Source: a virus (lineage: Duplodnaviria > Caudoviricetes). From it: a stretch of 42,976 nucleotides of DNA. A program made the translations under genes and the position numbers. Of this stretch, positions 10,401-18,261 are shown piece after piece; position 1 is the first letter of the stretch, and the number at the start of each line of letters is the position of its first letter. Where the stretch lies: IMG/VR virus record IMGVR_UViG_3300017747_001641, positions 1 through 42,976 of that record; one strand, given 5' to 3'. The notes under the pieces are model-generated. The model was not told the origin of the DNA. It ran no database searches and worked only from the letters and a program-made list of their open reading frames with translations.

Positions 10401-11541
10401 GATGAGCAACCGGGAAATAACGGCGGTCGCCGCATACAATCTGGCGAAACAAGCGAAGATGTCCGAGGCTCAAGCTATCGACTATGCCATTGATGTAGTC
10501 ACCAAGTCGCATGGCAGTGGCATGATGGATACGGCAGGCCCAATATTCCAGCACCCGGTTGGTCGCGTAGTGTTGATGTTCAAACGTTTCGCGCAGCTGA
10601 TGGTATTCCGTGCCGCACGCACGGCGTATGTGGCAATTAAGGGGGATGCAAGTCTGTCGCCGCAGGAACAAGCCGAAGCGATGGCCATGGCCAAGAAGCA
10701 GCTGCTCGGTATCTACATCATGGCGTTTGCGTTCGCCGGAGCGCAGGGGCTCCCGCTGTATGGGTTGGTGGAGATGCTGTACAACATCTTCCAGTCGGCG
10801 TTCGGTGACGACATGGAGTACGAAGACTTCACCAACATGGTACGCGAAGCGCTGGGTGAGATGGCGTTCAAGGGCCCGGTCAACTACACAACCGGTCGGG
10901 ATATCGCACAACGCACCGGCTTTGGTGACATGCTCATTCGGGACGATTCGCGCAGCATGGCAGAGCTTGGGCCCTTTATGTACTACTTCCAACAGTTCTT
11001 TGGTGGGGCGTTCCTGAGCGCAGCGAACAACCTGAATCGCGGCTTCGGCATGATCAATGACGGGTATGTGTATCGGGGTCTGGAGACAATGTCCCCTGCG
11101 GTTATCCGTAATGCAATGAAGGGCGCGAGGTTCTGGACCGAGGGTGCAACAACCATCAAGGGAGACCCCATCACCGATGACTTAGGGGTGCATGATGCGC
11201 TGTTCCAGATGAGCGGTTTCGCCCCGACCAAGCTGACTGAGATTTACGAAAAGCGCGGCTTCATGAAGGAGTATGAGACGTTCATCAAGGACAAGCGTCG
11301 GGGGCTGCTGGATCAGTATGAGATTGCCCGAGATTCCGGGGACTCGGAAGTAATGGAGGCGGTGCGGGACAAGATTAGCCGGTTTAACGCGGCCTACCCG
11401 GCAGTCAGGATCACCCAAGACACCATCAGGCAGTCAATCCGTGGGCGGGAACAGCGCGAACGCGATGCCATCTACGGCGTGCAGATCGACAAGCGACTGC
11501 GCAACCAGATTAAAGAGGCTGTAGCGGGTGGGGTAGAGTAA
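4444..11541 (+). CDS. Giant polyvalent internal virion protein (L,D-transpeptidase-like domain, HExxH zincin, PLxRFG domain)
   Basis: 2365 aa. KPFIVVDK..TPAGRF..MH..SYGCINV at ~7540-7980; HEMVH at 8443-8457 with downstream EFAAE; YFPLMRFGDY at ~9418-9447. Confidence 0.85.
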   Translation: MPIARFQMPDGRIGRFEVPDGLSDSEVSSLINQSLGETQTPEMQPIPNEPGFFRALKTGATSTAQSLFPAAKLMASPEDEAAAEQLRQVGQTAQDAYRRTEFSEIGELAKSGDIGGALGATWSKFKELAGESIGFQAPAAAAGLAARVGVGAAAAAAGVAAAPAAAIGVGAYGLTLLGQYVASNLGRQVEENKGKPVERLPATIAGSGQAALDLLGAKYLGLGKLLGLEGKAAAEQTVEQLVKAAQKPTRGQLAKTAAVGGAKGIGFEVPQEVAQSVLERWQAGLPTNPFDDPGAAKEYAEAAAGALLLGGPLGAIGRVGEKRRERGEAMTELQRRGEIEVQQEQEALGPTAVAPTTGEYTGIKTATAEEGPGREQFQDELDAERQRYEEDLRITKERFDAARPNSKAYKELKAELEKLGTDYPKPDREMAKRLKVFEQAQPDEQGLFRPERVAPAYPAAPDVPQPIGNVITPGALTSLNVRDTLKYKGRPMKDVLLGLNLNRADDLVIFDRVMEDAGNRNVKLNYALAGELSDRALSARLQERTKFATPTVIGEQPQLTGTLTPEQQAFFEQTSAAGQQPGLEVQRAQERQPQEGPSRIIVPEERQPQVGGLPILRPTTKPTPKAPSPTESWAPTLVTDQTLDQFGISKDEKKKPVAELRKALFGGLDLNNPVDAAVVRDALREYRSHALTPKDQKQKADDAIRSLGLAGQQSLDLFPRPEKETPRADRSETTGTGVVAPVSQRADRGREVAGAGAAPVVGDQGRTAQTTGRAESQQAALTDERFDFITKSAEKDNLSWPVKDRARFHMFNPNGLVAAKRAMDEQVTRLVDEGLAKSGAILAYGSGNDYSVNDFYKDKRVTRRSLAESLERIQKDIDTARKYVEKTRGSTIEGEYSVVEETAMLMLERAEEKLSAAETARLEKHYGARKDTPEYQSRLREDIVSFINNGAASIAAAIRSIIRKLAVVVLSVGVVFNQGSFLSDAKAIPMPVPQTKAQVIQIIEKSKANFGQVKPSATVATVADWVIGDRNNQGKPFIVVDKPTAMAYAFDGDGKLEAVTPVLLGKNATADVLPESAISKTVEQTTESEKVTPAGRFDATVEKSSSYGTSLRFMELPNANLAMHQTYLGTPAERRQQRLDTPTPADNYVSYGCINVGAEFYNKHILKPFSGGGVMYITPMTQNLNDTFRELATYSPTYTVVTETVNNPQSASDVAAHSTQGAPRERQGRNQPKATKVRRPEPPSGLPLEEKPVGPKLNNTAATAVQAGDLRGALREISESGSTPMMRMVAKKLLGYVGQTKIKIGDVPGSGQYDPDTDTITINPNALHEHTVLHEMVHAAISHVLRNRFHPLTRELGSLYRKLLPRIQNTYGATSLQEFAAEAQSNPEFRAMLHNIRAPQGALKTAWDHIVDAVRKFLRLSPRQSQTALDKIDKVIDDLLTTAKVEPKTPGDILFLNANVSGSSAAYQQLLNSMGQQTRMLPEFTQGWFDSLGKLNRTLVGAITKTLDMNHLAEIYGDRVPAIRGIINLLNERRGYENTQFDRAGKNSRMLKRMYDKYKTSLKKEWELFTDVIFDSTRTLYDPSAPSESGNPGAEAGPDIQNKWNRLPKDLQDAYRDIKDHYTAMYKDYMAALDKDLIALPENERANIRAAIENKIKPYFPLMRFGDYWLEFERNGERYVTAFETPEERQRAITALKLDRKSPGFKIYKKIEEVLSRPPSDPMIQRTLKALTDNGVDKETKDRVHRALLQLNPQQSVIFNMLKREGYEGFSRDLIRAYTTMTPRLISQTASRMYNRSIEETAGYARVQLEEISNAADEGYDALADAVAEELSGKQGSRLDVIMNPKPNKLASTMNWLTYGYFMGANVSTALINMTQTPMVAYPIMASKFGITDTTKALMDAYKFYGSHAFKNPIEKFKTHGYLSPLNTLPKGHPLANLYSELQRRGQINISITQELLDLQAQPTDKVSKTKQRVGVAMSFAHQMTEMSNREITAVAAYNLAKQAKMSEAQAIDYAIDVVTKSHGSGMMDTAGPIFQHPVGRVVLMFKRFAQLMVFRAARTAYVAIKGDASLSPQEQAEAMAMAKKQLLGIYIMAFAFAGAQGLPLYGLVEMLYNIFQSAFGDDMEYEDFTNMVREALGEMAFKGPVNYTTGRDIAQRTGFGDMLIRDDSRSMAELGPFMYYFQQFFGGAFLSAANNLNRGFGMINDGYVYRGLETMSPAVIRNAMKGARFWTEGATTIKGDPITDDLGVHDALFQMSGFAPTKLTEIYEKRGFMKEYETFIKDKRRGLLDQYEIARDSGDSEVMEAVRDKISRFNAAYPAVRITQDTIRQSIRGREQRERDAIYGVQIDKRLRNQIKEAVAGGVE

Positions 11542-11567
11542 AAAACCCCCGGCATTGCGCCGGGGGT
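11540..11567 (-). terminator. Rho-independent terminator closing the minus-strand replication arm (possibly bidirectional)
   Basis: Stem CCCCCGGC/GCCGGGGG (11546-11566) with a 5-nt loop; the A6 run at 11540-11545 is the U-tract on the minus strand; lies between convergent genes. Confidence 0.8.
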
Positions 11568-11626
11568 AAACGGAGGAGAAGCGACGGCTGGGGAGGAATC
11601 CAGCGTCAGGCGGATACTACCATGCC

Positions 11627-11842
11627 TTAACGGGTCCGCCAAACTCGTAACCCAGTGAGTTTCTTCTCCACGACCTCTTCCATCAACAGGTCGTAGCCAT
11701 ACTCGGCGGCAGCTGCCAGAAGTTGTTTACGCAGTTGCTGGGAGATGCCAAGGGGCACCGGGATGAAAAAAGACACCCCGACACGCAGTTTCTCCCACTC
11801 AATCTGAACCGGCAATCCCAGTACTTGCAGCTTTTTCTGCAT
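11627..11842 (-). CDS. Small hypothetical protein
   Basis: ATG at 11842 with GAGGA upstream; overlaps the end of the primase gene; ends GLRVWRTR. Confidence 0.6.
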   Translation of the reverse strand: MQKKLQVLGLPVQIEWEKLRVGVSFFIPVPLGISQQLRKQLLAAAAEYGYDLLMEEVVEKKLTGLRVWRTR

Positions 11843-14639
11843 GACCGACAAAATCCTCGTCGATGTTGGAGAACACGATCACCCGCTCATTAGCCGATAT
11901 GTGGGTGCCTTTACCCAGCCGTTTGCGAGTAACCTCCCGGAACTTGCCCTGTCGTGTGAAATACGAAATCACGGAATCATATGACACTTGCCTGTGGGCA
12001 CAGAACGACCGAAACTTGGGCAGGCTAACGCACAGCTCTTTGGTGTCCGGCTCATAGCGAATCAGCAGCTTACCTCTCGGCTCCCGAATGGGAGCGTCCA
12101 ACATGGTGCCAATCGTGGGGTTACCTTTGATGATCAGCGTATCATTGACGTGGTTCGACAGGAACAAGCCCAGCACTTCATCGAGCGGCACGGTCTCATT
12201 CGCGGTCTTGGCCACGAGCTTCGTCAGGTAGTCCACCACCCACTGATACAGACGTTTCATATCGGCGGAAGTCAGGTTCATGACCCCGCACTCCATCACA
12301 TAAATTCCCGCCGTAAGGATAGCGGCACAGGTGGCCGACTGATACTGCTCCCGCTGCTGTAACCCCGCTGCCGCATCCAGCTTTAACTGCACCTTGCGGA
12401 ACGTGTCATGAATCGTATCGGTCTTGGGTAGCAGGTGCTGGATATACCGCTCGCCAGCAACTCCATAGTTGTCCATCATGGGTAGAAAGATATTATCCGA
12501 CTCGGCCTTGCTGATCTTGATGGGCAGCATGACCTCAAACTCTAGCAGCCTACGCAGCTCACCATCCGGGTCATCTTTGAGCAGCCGCAACTTGTCAGCC
12601 AGCGCCGCGTTGCCGGTAACCACGTTGATGTTATTCCACGTAGACTTGTTGACCCGCTCCACGTTGGAGGATGACTTTAGCCGGTTCCGTGCCCTGCCGT
12701 GCATCGCATCATATACAAACGCGGAGATGTTCTCCGCTAACTCGTTGGTGATCTCGTCGGTCGTGGAGGAGATATTGTTCAGCACGCCGACTCGGTTCAA
12801 TCTCGACAACGCTGTATCTCGCAGAATCAGGCAGGAGTCCTTGGGGTGGCCGAAAATGCTGTTGATCATCCAGAGCAGGGTCGTCTTACCGGTGCCGCCC
12901 TTGTCCGAGTACAGACTAATCAAACCGCCCTGTGTCTTGGTGAAGGGCATCAGGGGTGAGGCGAACCCGGACAGCAGGGTGAACAGCTGCAGCTCCATGC
13001 CGGGTTGGTTGTAGAAATTGGCGATCTTCTGCCAGCCTTCCAGCGTGCCCACCTTCTGATATTTTGTAGCGATCTCTACCGTGGTGATGGTCGGAGGGCT
13101 GTAGCGAATCTCGTCCGCCCGGATTTCCCGGTCACCTACAATGAAGCATTGGTTGTTGTCTGCCCAGCCAAACTGCACACGACCCAGCTTAGACTGACTC
13201 GATTTCTGATAGGTGTTTACCCAGTAGTTTGAATACGCCATAAGTTTGTCCAGTTGTGAACCCTGCGGGCACATGCCCACCGTTGCGATAGCATCGCGGA
13301 ACCGATCCTTGGCCAGCATGTCCGACAGCGGCACGCAGAACTCCTTCACCCCATCCTGCGGGAAGTGAACTCGGAACAGCCCGGTTGCTCCGTCGTGAGG
13401 GTCTCGCACCTGCGCGACCAAATAAAAGTCATGCTGGTAGATCAAGGTATCTTCTTCATGCGTTGCACCGGTCTTCTTGTCCTCTACCTTCTCGCGGACG
13501 TAGACGCCGCCATTCTTGCCCCGGAAAAACGGGAAGGGGTAGGCCGGTATTTCATACACCACCGGTTCAGTAGACTCCGGCAGCACCACCTCAACCGTCC
13601 GATCCTCCTGCGTGGCCTCAAGCACCCGCCCCGCCCCAAGCGTAATCGGGGAGCTGATCTTCCCAAAATGCGGACAACCTTCGCACAATGTGGGATCAAT
13701 CTTCTGGAACGACGCGCAGGTGTAGGGGCCCTTGGTGGCCTGTGCCTTACGCTCGGTCTCGTCCGGGTCATAGTCCGGGTGTTGCCGCGATGCAACATGA
13801 ATGGCTTTGTCCCGATCATGGCAGTGCTGCGCCACCGATAAAACCGCCCGCCACAGGGGCTCCGGGATACTGGACTGGCTACCCACGGCGTGCATGATTT
13901 GGTTGCAGCCATCGCCCGCCACGCTGCGCTGGAGGATATCCTTGAAGTAGGAAGGCCGGTTGGCCAGCAAATTCTTGGTAACCTCGTCCATCGGGCGTTT
14001 GACAGCGGATGCCTCAAACTCCGACACCCCCAGCAGCTGCCGCAAATCGTCAAACGGGGTGGCTACCCCTGCCTTGAGAATCTCCACCGCCAACGGGTTG
14101 GCCTTGTCCTTGACGTTGAACGACCCCGGCACCCGCAGCACCCGCACGGCGTCAGCCGTAACAGCAGGGTCGGCTTTGAACCCCTTGATGGCGCACATCT
14201 GCTTCAGCTTCTCAGCTACCGGCTTCCACTGCAGTCGGGTGACTGCCTCCGTAAACGGCCAATACGCATGGATGCCGCGTCCTGAATCCACCACCCACGG
14301 CGTCGGTAGCCGCATGTCTTTGACGAACTCGCGTAGCGCCGCTACGGCTTCAGCTTGTGTAGCATACTTCTTACCTTCTTCATCCGCACCGCAGTCCAAG
14401 TCCACGAACAGGGACCGGATCAGCTTCATGTTGTCCGTGGTGCGGGTGCTGGCGGTATTGAACGTAGCCAACGCGTAGAAGGTGTTTTGCCCCTCTCCAA
14501 CCAGTGTGGTGCAGCGGGCCTCAAGATCGGTTATCGTATCGTGAAACGTCTGAGCTACCCGCTTCCCGTCGATCGCAACCGCGACGTAGACCCCCTCGGC
14601 AGGCAGTACGGCCTGCAAAAACTCTGTTCTCGTTTGCAT
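11799..14639 (-). CDS. Primase-helicase (RepB/AEP-like primase + DUF927-like + P-loop helicase)
   Basis: Start reassigned to ATG 14639 (MQTRTEF). Primase motifs FVDLD, VDSGRGIHAYW, RVLRVPG; Cys cluster PYTC..CEGCPH; Walker A GGTGKTT. Confidence 0.85.
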   Translation of the reverse strand: MQTRTEFLQAVLPAEGVYVAVAIDGKRVAQTFHDTITDLEARCTTLVGEGQNTFYALATFNTASTRTTDNMKLIRSLFVDLDCGADEEGKKYATQAEAVAALREFVKDMRLPTPWVVDSGRGIHAYWPFTEAVTRLQWKPVAEKLKQMCAIKGFKADPAVTADAVRVLRVPGSFNVKDKANPLAVEILKAGVATPFDDLRQLLGVSEFEASAVKRPMDEVTKNLLANRPSYFKDILQRSVAGDGCNQIMHAVGSQSSIPEPLWRAVLSVAQHCHDRDKAIHVASRQHPDYDPDETERKAQATKGPYTCASFQKIDPTLCEGCPHFGKISSPITLGAGRVLEATQEDRTVEVVLPESTEPVVYEIPAYPFPFFRGKNGGVYVREKVEDKKTGATHEEDTLIYQHDFYLVAQVRDPHDGATGLFRVHFPQDGVKEFCVPLSDMLAKDRFRDAIATVGMCPQGSQLDKLMAYSNYWVNTYQKSSQSKLGRVQFGWADNNQCFIVGDREIRADEIRYSPPTITTVEIATKYQKVGTLEGWQKIANFYNQPGMELQLFTLLSGFASPLMPFTKTQGGLISLYSDKGGTGKTTLLWMINSIFGHPKDSCLILRDTALSRLNRVGVLNNISSTTDEITNELAENISAFVYDAMHGRARNRLKSSSNVERVNKSTWNNINVVTGNAALADKLRLLKDDPDGELRRLLEFEVMLPIKISKAESDNIFLPMMDNYGVAGERYIQHLLPKTDTIHDTFRKVQLKLDAAAGLQQREQYQSATCAAILTAGIYVMECGVMNLTSADMKRLYQWVVDYLTKLVAKTANETVPLDEVLGLFLSNHVNDTLIIKGNPTIGTMLDAPIREPRGKLLIRYEPDTKELCVSLPKFRSFCAHRQVSYDSVISYFTRQGKFREVTRKRLGKGTHISANERVIVFSNIDEDFVGHAEKAASTGIAGSD

Positions 14640-14652
14640 AGGTGACCCGTTC

Positions 14653-14687
14653 AAAGAAAAAAATGGGGGTGAGCGTCCCCACCCCCA
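14653..14687 (-). terminator. Intra-operon intrinsic terminator between SSB and primase genes
   Basis: Minus-strand RNA UGGGGGUG-GGGACGCU-CACCCCCA followed by UUUUUUUCUUU. Confidence 0.7.
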
Positions 14688-14699
14688 GACCACCTAAAT

Positions 14700-15617
14700 T
14701 CAGTCGTCCCACTCAGCCAACAGGGCTTTCGCGTCTTTCTTTGGTTCGGGTGCTGCGGCCTTGGTCGTGCGCTTGGTCGGCGCTTCCTCGGCAGGTGGAG
14801 CAGCCTCTTCATCGGGCTCGGCGGCCTTCTTCGCGGCGGGCTTGTCGTTGCTGCGGAACTCTTCATCGCGCTTCGCGATCTGCTTCACCCCATCCTGTTG
14901 GGACACGGTAAACGTGACCGCCTGTCTAGCAGCGGCTGACTGCCCCGCCGCCTCACACTGCGCAAACTCTGCCTCAGTCAACGCCCGGGCTGCTTTGAAC
15001 GTCAGCTTCGGGGTAGCCGCGTTGGTGTCGAACCGGGCCTCGGTCACAACAGCAGTCACTGGCACGTTGAAGCCTGCCAGAAACTTCACATACGCGTTGA
15101 GCGGGAGCTTGCCGTTCTCACCATTACCGAAGATCGACGCAGCGGGCAGCGACAGCTGGAACACATCACCGTCCAGATCATTCTCCAACACCACAGCGAC
15201 ACGCTGGCTGAAGCGGCACGCACGGGAGTCACCCTGACCGGAACCTTTAATGTTTTGCGGGCAAGTCGCGCAAGTCTTGGACTGGGGAGCTTCGACGCTG
15301 GCGTCAGGTGTTTCTCCATTGGCTGACCAGCACACCGGTGCTGAAGCCTTCTCCGCGTCCGGATCGTAGGTGCCTTCATAATAAGTGCGACCGACCTTGG
15401 CTGCTGCGTTGACGATGATGAAGTTCATCGCCCGGTCTTCGTTCACCGCGATCTCTTTGCCACCGGACATCAACCGCCACACGCCGCCCTTGATCGAGAT
15501 ACGCTTGGCCAGTGAGCCACCACCCATAAGGCTTTTGGTGACAGCATCCATCTCACGATTCTTGAGGTAGGACGGGAGTTTGTTACCATCTTTGAACAGC
15601 GTCATTTCATTAGACAT
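14700..15617 (-). CDS. Putative single-stranded DNA-binding protein
   Basis: 305 aa, AGGAG RBS; CxxCP..GS..GDSRAC Zn motif; low-complexity linker and acidic/aromatic tail (AEWDD); sits in the replication cluster. Confidence 0.6.
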   Translation of the reverse strand: MSNEMTLFKDGNKLPSYLKNREMDAVTKSLMGGGSLAKRISIKGGVWRLMSGGKEIAVNEDRAMNFIIVNAAAKVGRTYYEGTYDPDAEKASAPVCWSANGETPDASVEAPQSKTCATCPQNIKGSGQGDSRACRFSQRVAVVLENDLDGDVFQLSLPAASIFGNGENGKLPLNAYVKFLAGFNVPVTAVVTEARFDTNAATPKLTFKAARALTEAEFAQCEAAGQSAAARQAVTFTVSQQDGVKQIAKRDEEFRSNDKPAAKKAAEPDEEAAPPAEEAPTKRTTKAAAPEPKKDAKALLAEWDD

Positions 15618-15637
15618 GCTTGCTTCTCCTTAGTTAA

Positions 15638-16036
15638 TTACTTGCTGCGCCGAACTGAAATATCGTAAAAGCTATCCGAATTGAGACCCGGGATTTTGAT
15701 GTCCGGGTTGTCCTTCAAGAATGCCTTCATGTTGCCCTGACTGATGCGGCGTTCCATCAAGTCAAGAACATCGTGCTCCTTGCAGAAAGAGTGCATGGCA
15801 CCCCAATCATTTGACCAATAGCGGACTTTGATTGTGCGGGTGGCCGTGCCAAATTCTGTTTTGAGACTCTCTGCACCAACTGACTTGCAACGATCCAGCA
15901 GCTCCTGCTTGATAACATCCTGCTGTTCCTTCAATGCAGCATCCTCTTCTTCATACTTGCGGGACAGCGCTTCGCGGGCATCGCGGATTTTTACGTACAC
16001 CCTGACGAGTTTATCTGCTCCGAGTTCCTCACTCAT
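15638..16036 (-). CDS. Conserved phage hypothetical protein (coiled-coil N-terminus)
   Basis: ATG 16036 with GAGGAG RBS, 132 aa; typical of the gene found between helicase and SSB in such phages. Confidence 0.7.
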   Translation of the reverse strand: MSEELGADKLVRVYVKIRDAREALSRKYEEEDAALKEQQDVIKQELLDRCKSVGAESLKTEFGTATRTIKVRYWSNDWGAMHSFCKEHDVLDLMERRISQGNMKAFLKDNPDIKIPGLNSDSFYDISVRRSK

Positions 16037-17579
16037 TTTGCATCTCCTCTTTGTAAAGACCAACTAGCTCCTCATGAATATCGACTTTGTTTTGCAGCAT
16101 CTTGTAAATTTTGCGTTCTACTGAACTGCCTTGCAGATGAATGATAGTTACTTTGTTTTTCTGCCCTGCTCTGTGTACCCGTGCATTCGCCTGCAAATAC
16201 GTTTCAACCGACATCACCGGAGACCAATACACTACTGTGTTCGCGGCGTGTAAAGTTACACCATGTGATGCAGCTTGCGGTTGAATCACTAACACACGCG
16301 GTTCAGGCGTGGTTTGAAACTTGTTGAATATATCGGTCCGCTTCCCCGGTGACACACTGCCATCAATAATATCCACGGTGTACTTGGATGCTTTTAGTTC
16401 TTGTGCGATGGCGTAAATGCTGTGCCGATAGGGGGCAAATACTAGGACTTTGTGGCTTGACTCGTCAATGACTTCTTTCAACACATTCATGCGGCCTTTG
16501 CAATCAAAGTCCACAATCTCTTTACTGTCTGCATATACTGCACCGCAACTAATCTGGAGTAATTTTGTCAACTTTGCTGCCGCGTTCACCGCACTGATTT
16601 CTTCCCCCGCCGCGACCATCAGCATTTCATTGCGCATCTGTTGGTAGAACTTCTCCTGCTGTTTAGACAACGGCACATCGCGTGTTACATATGTCATGTC
16701 CGGCAGGTCCAAGCAGTCCTCTTTAGTAAACCGAATTGCTGGCTGCAATACCTGATGTACGATCTCAGTGGCGTTGGGCTTGGGCACCCATTTGAACTGC
16801 GTGATCTTGTTCATCACCATGTCCTTAAAGGCCCCTTTGAATCTGGGCACCCCCTGCGGGTTTACCACCTTGGCCAACCCATATGCGTCCTCGGGGGATT
16901 GCGCTGCCGGTGTACCAGTCAGCATCCACACCCAGTTGTCTGGGCGAAGTATCTTGGCGAATGTCCTCCACCGGTCTGTCGATGGGTTTTTCAGGGCATT
17001 GGCTTCGTCCACAACAATGAGGTCGAAGGTGCCATCCGCGACGATGTCATCAGCAAGGATATCCAAGCCGTCGTAATTCATGATGACAAACTCAGCTTCC
17101 TGTTGCAGCAGCTCCCGGCGCTTACGAGCATTGCGATGATGGGCTACCACTACGTTACGGTGCATGGCGCACTGGAACAAATCCGCCTGCCACGCTGATT
17201 GCATAATCGACAGCGGGCACAGCACCAACGCACGGCGTACAAAGCCCAGCTTCATCAGGTAGTCCGCAGCCCAAATTACACTGGCTGTCTTACCGGTGCC
17301 CTGCTCGTTGAAACAGAACGCCCGCCGATACATAGTCAAGAAAGACGCAGTTGTGCGCTGGTGATCAAACGGCTTATACAGCCCGGGCCATTTATAGTCT
17401 TTGTTGATGGGAGACGGCACGTTCTTGATGCCCAGATTACGCAGCACCTGCGCTTCCTCCAGCCCCCACCGCACCAGCACCTCGTTGTCCCCGACAACTG
17501 CACTCTTGGGGATTACGGATGTGATGCGGCTGGGGTTCCTCACGCGTAGTTTTAGCGCTTTGTTTTCAACGATTTCCAC
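16029..17579 (-). CDS. SNF2-family (SF2) DNA helicase
   Basis: Motifs EQGTGKT, IVVDEA, LTGTP, HGVTL, QANARVHRAGQ; probable GTG start at 17579 with GGAGA RBS. Confidence 0.92.
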   Translation of the reverse strand: MEIVENKALKLRVRNPSRITSVIPKSAVVGDNEVLVRWGLEEAQVLRNLGIKNVPSPINKDYKWPGLYKPFDHQRTTASFLTMYRRAFCFNEQGTGKTASVIWAADYLMKLGFVRRALVLCPLSIMQSAWQADLFQCAMHRNVVVAHHRNARKRRELLQQEAEFVIMNYDGLDILADDIVADGTFDLIVVDEANALKNPSTDRWRTFAKILRPDNWVWMLTGTPAAQSPEDAYGLAKVVNPQGVPRFKGAFKDMVMNKITQFKWVPKPNATEIVHQVLQPAIRFTKEDCLDLPDMTYVTRDVPLSKQQEKFYQQMRNEMLMVAAGEEISAVNAAAKLTKLLQISCGAVYADSKEIVDFDCKGRMNVLKEVIDESSHKVLVFAPYRHSIYAIAQELKASKYTVDIIDGSVSPGKRTDIFNKFQTTPEPRVLVIQPQAASHGVTLHAANTVVYWSPVMSVETYLQANARVHRAGQKNKVTIIHLQGSSVERKIYKMLQNKVDIHEELVGLYKEEMQNE

Positions 17580-17650
17580 GGCTTCTCCAAAAGCGTTTTG
17601 GAGCAAAGTGCTTGTTTGCACGTTGCTCGATGTTATGGTTCATATTCTGT

Positions 17651-17751
17651 CCCCGTCTTTCCGGGGTGTCAACCATATCCGTTGTGGGATCACTCACATT
17701 TTGCACAACCTATGGTTGCTGGTGTTTTTAAGCCACCGCCAGCTGGGCTTA
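17651..17751 (-). ncRNA. Candidate structured RNA in the HNH-helicase intergenic region
   Basis: Three adjacent pairable elements: UAAGCC/GGCUUA stem whose loop GCUGG can pair with downstream CCAGC; AACCAUA/UAUGGUU plus GUUGUG/CACAAC stem; CCCCG-GAAAGA-CGGGG hairpin. Confidence 0.45.
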
Positions 17752-17761
17752 CAGCAGCGAA

Positions 17762-18046
17762 CTACTTCTTCGGCACGTTCTTTTTGACCGTGTGGTCGCT
17801 GTTCCGGCTGAAGCTACGGTTCTTTTTGGCGTCCCTGACGCGCAGATTGGACGTCGCATTAGAGCCACCTTTGGACAGCGCGACGGCGTGATCTACGTCC
17901 TTACCATCACCTTTGCGGACACGCCCCTTCTTCTCCATCTCGGCGCGAGCAGCGTTGCGTTTAGCGCGGTTCTTGATCTGCTCCGGCTTGCCTTGATATT
18001 GATCGTACTCTTTACCATACGGTCTTGGTTTGTTCACATACGGCAT
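17762..18046 (-). CDS. HNH endonuclease
   Basis: DVDH..LSKGGSN..SNLRV..KKNRS HNH signature, 94 aa, GGAG RBS. Confidence 0.85.
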   Translation of the reverse strand: MPYVNKPRPYGKEYDQYQGKPEQIKNRAKRNAARAEMEKKGRVRKGDGKDVDHAVALSKGGSNATSNLRVRDAKKNRSFSRNSDHTVKKNVPKK

Positions 18047-18055
18047 CGTGGTCTC

Positions 18056-18253
18056 CTAACGGATTCGTTCTTTCAAGCAGTCAACAATTAGCTCCTGAAA
18101 CGCCGAATTGTATCGTCCCGATCGCAGCAGGGAGTTCATTATAATATTATCCATATCGATTACACGGTCGTGCAACGCAGCGATCACACGCTCGTTAATC
18201 TTGCCCTCCAGCAACAGTGCTGCGTTTGTAGCGTCTTTCTCTTCCTGTGTCAT
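18056..18253 (-). CDS. Hypothetical protein (65 aa)
   Basis: ATG 18253 with AGGAG RBS; fills the gap between neighbouring genes. Confidence 0.6.
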   Translation of the reverse strand: MTQEEKDATNAALLLEGKINERVIAALHDRVIDMDNIIMNSLLRSGRYNSAFQELIVDCLKERIR

Positions 18254-18261
18254 GCGTTCTC

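Noticed and set aside
17762-18046. HNH as an intron- or intein-associated homing element
   Set aside because: Free-standing between intact genes; neither neighbour appears split, and no intein motifs were seen in PolA, helicase or TerL.
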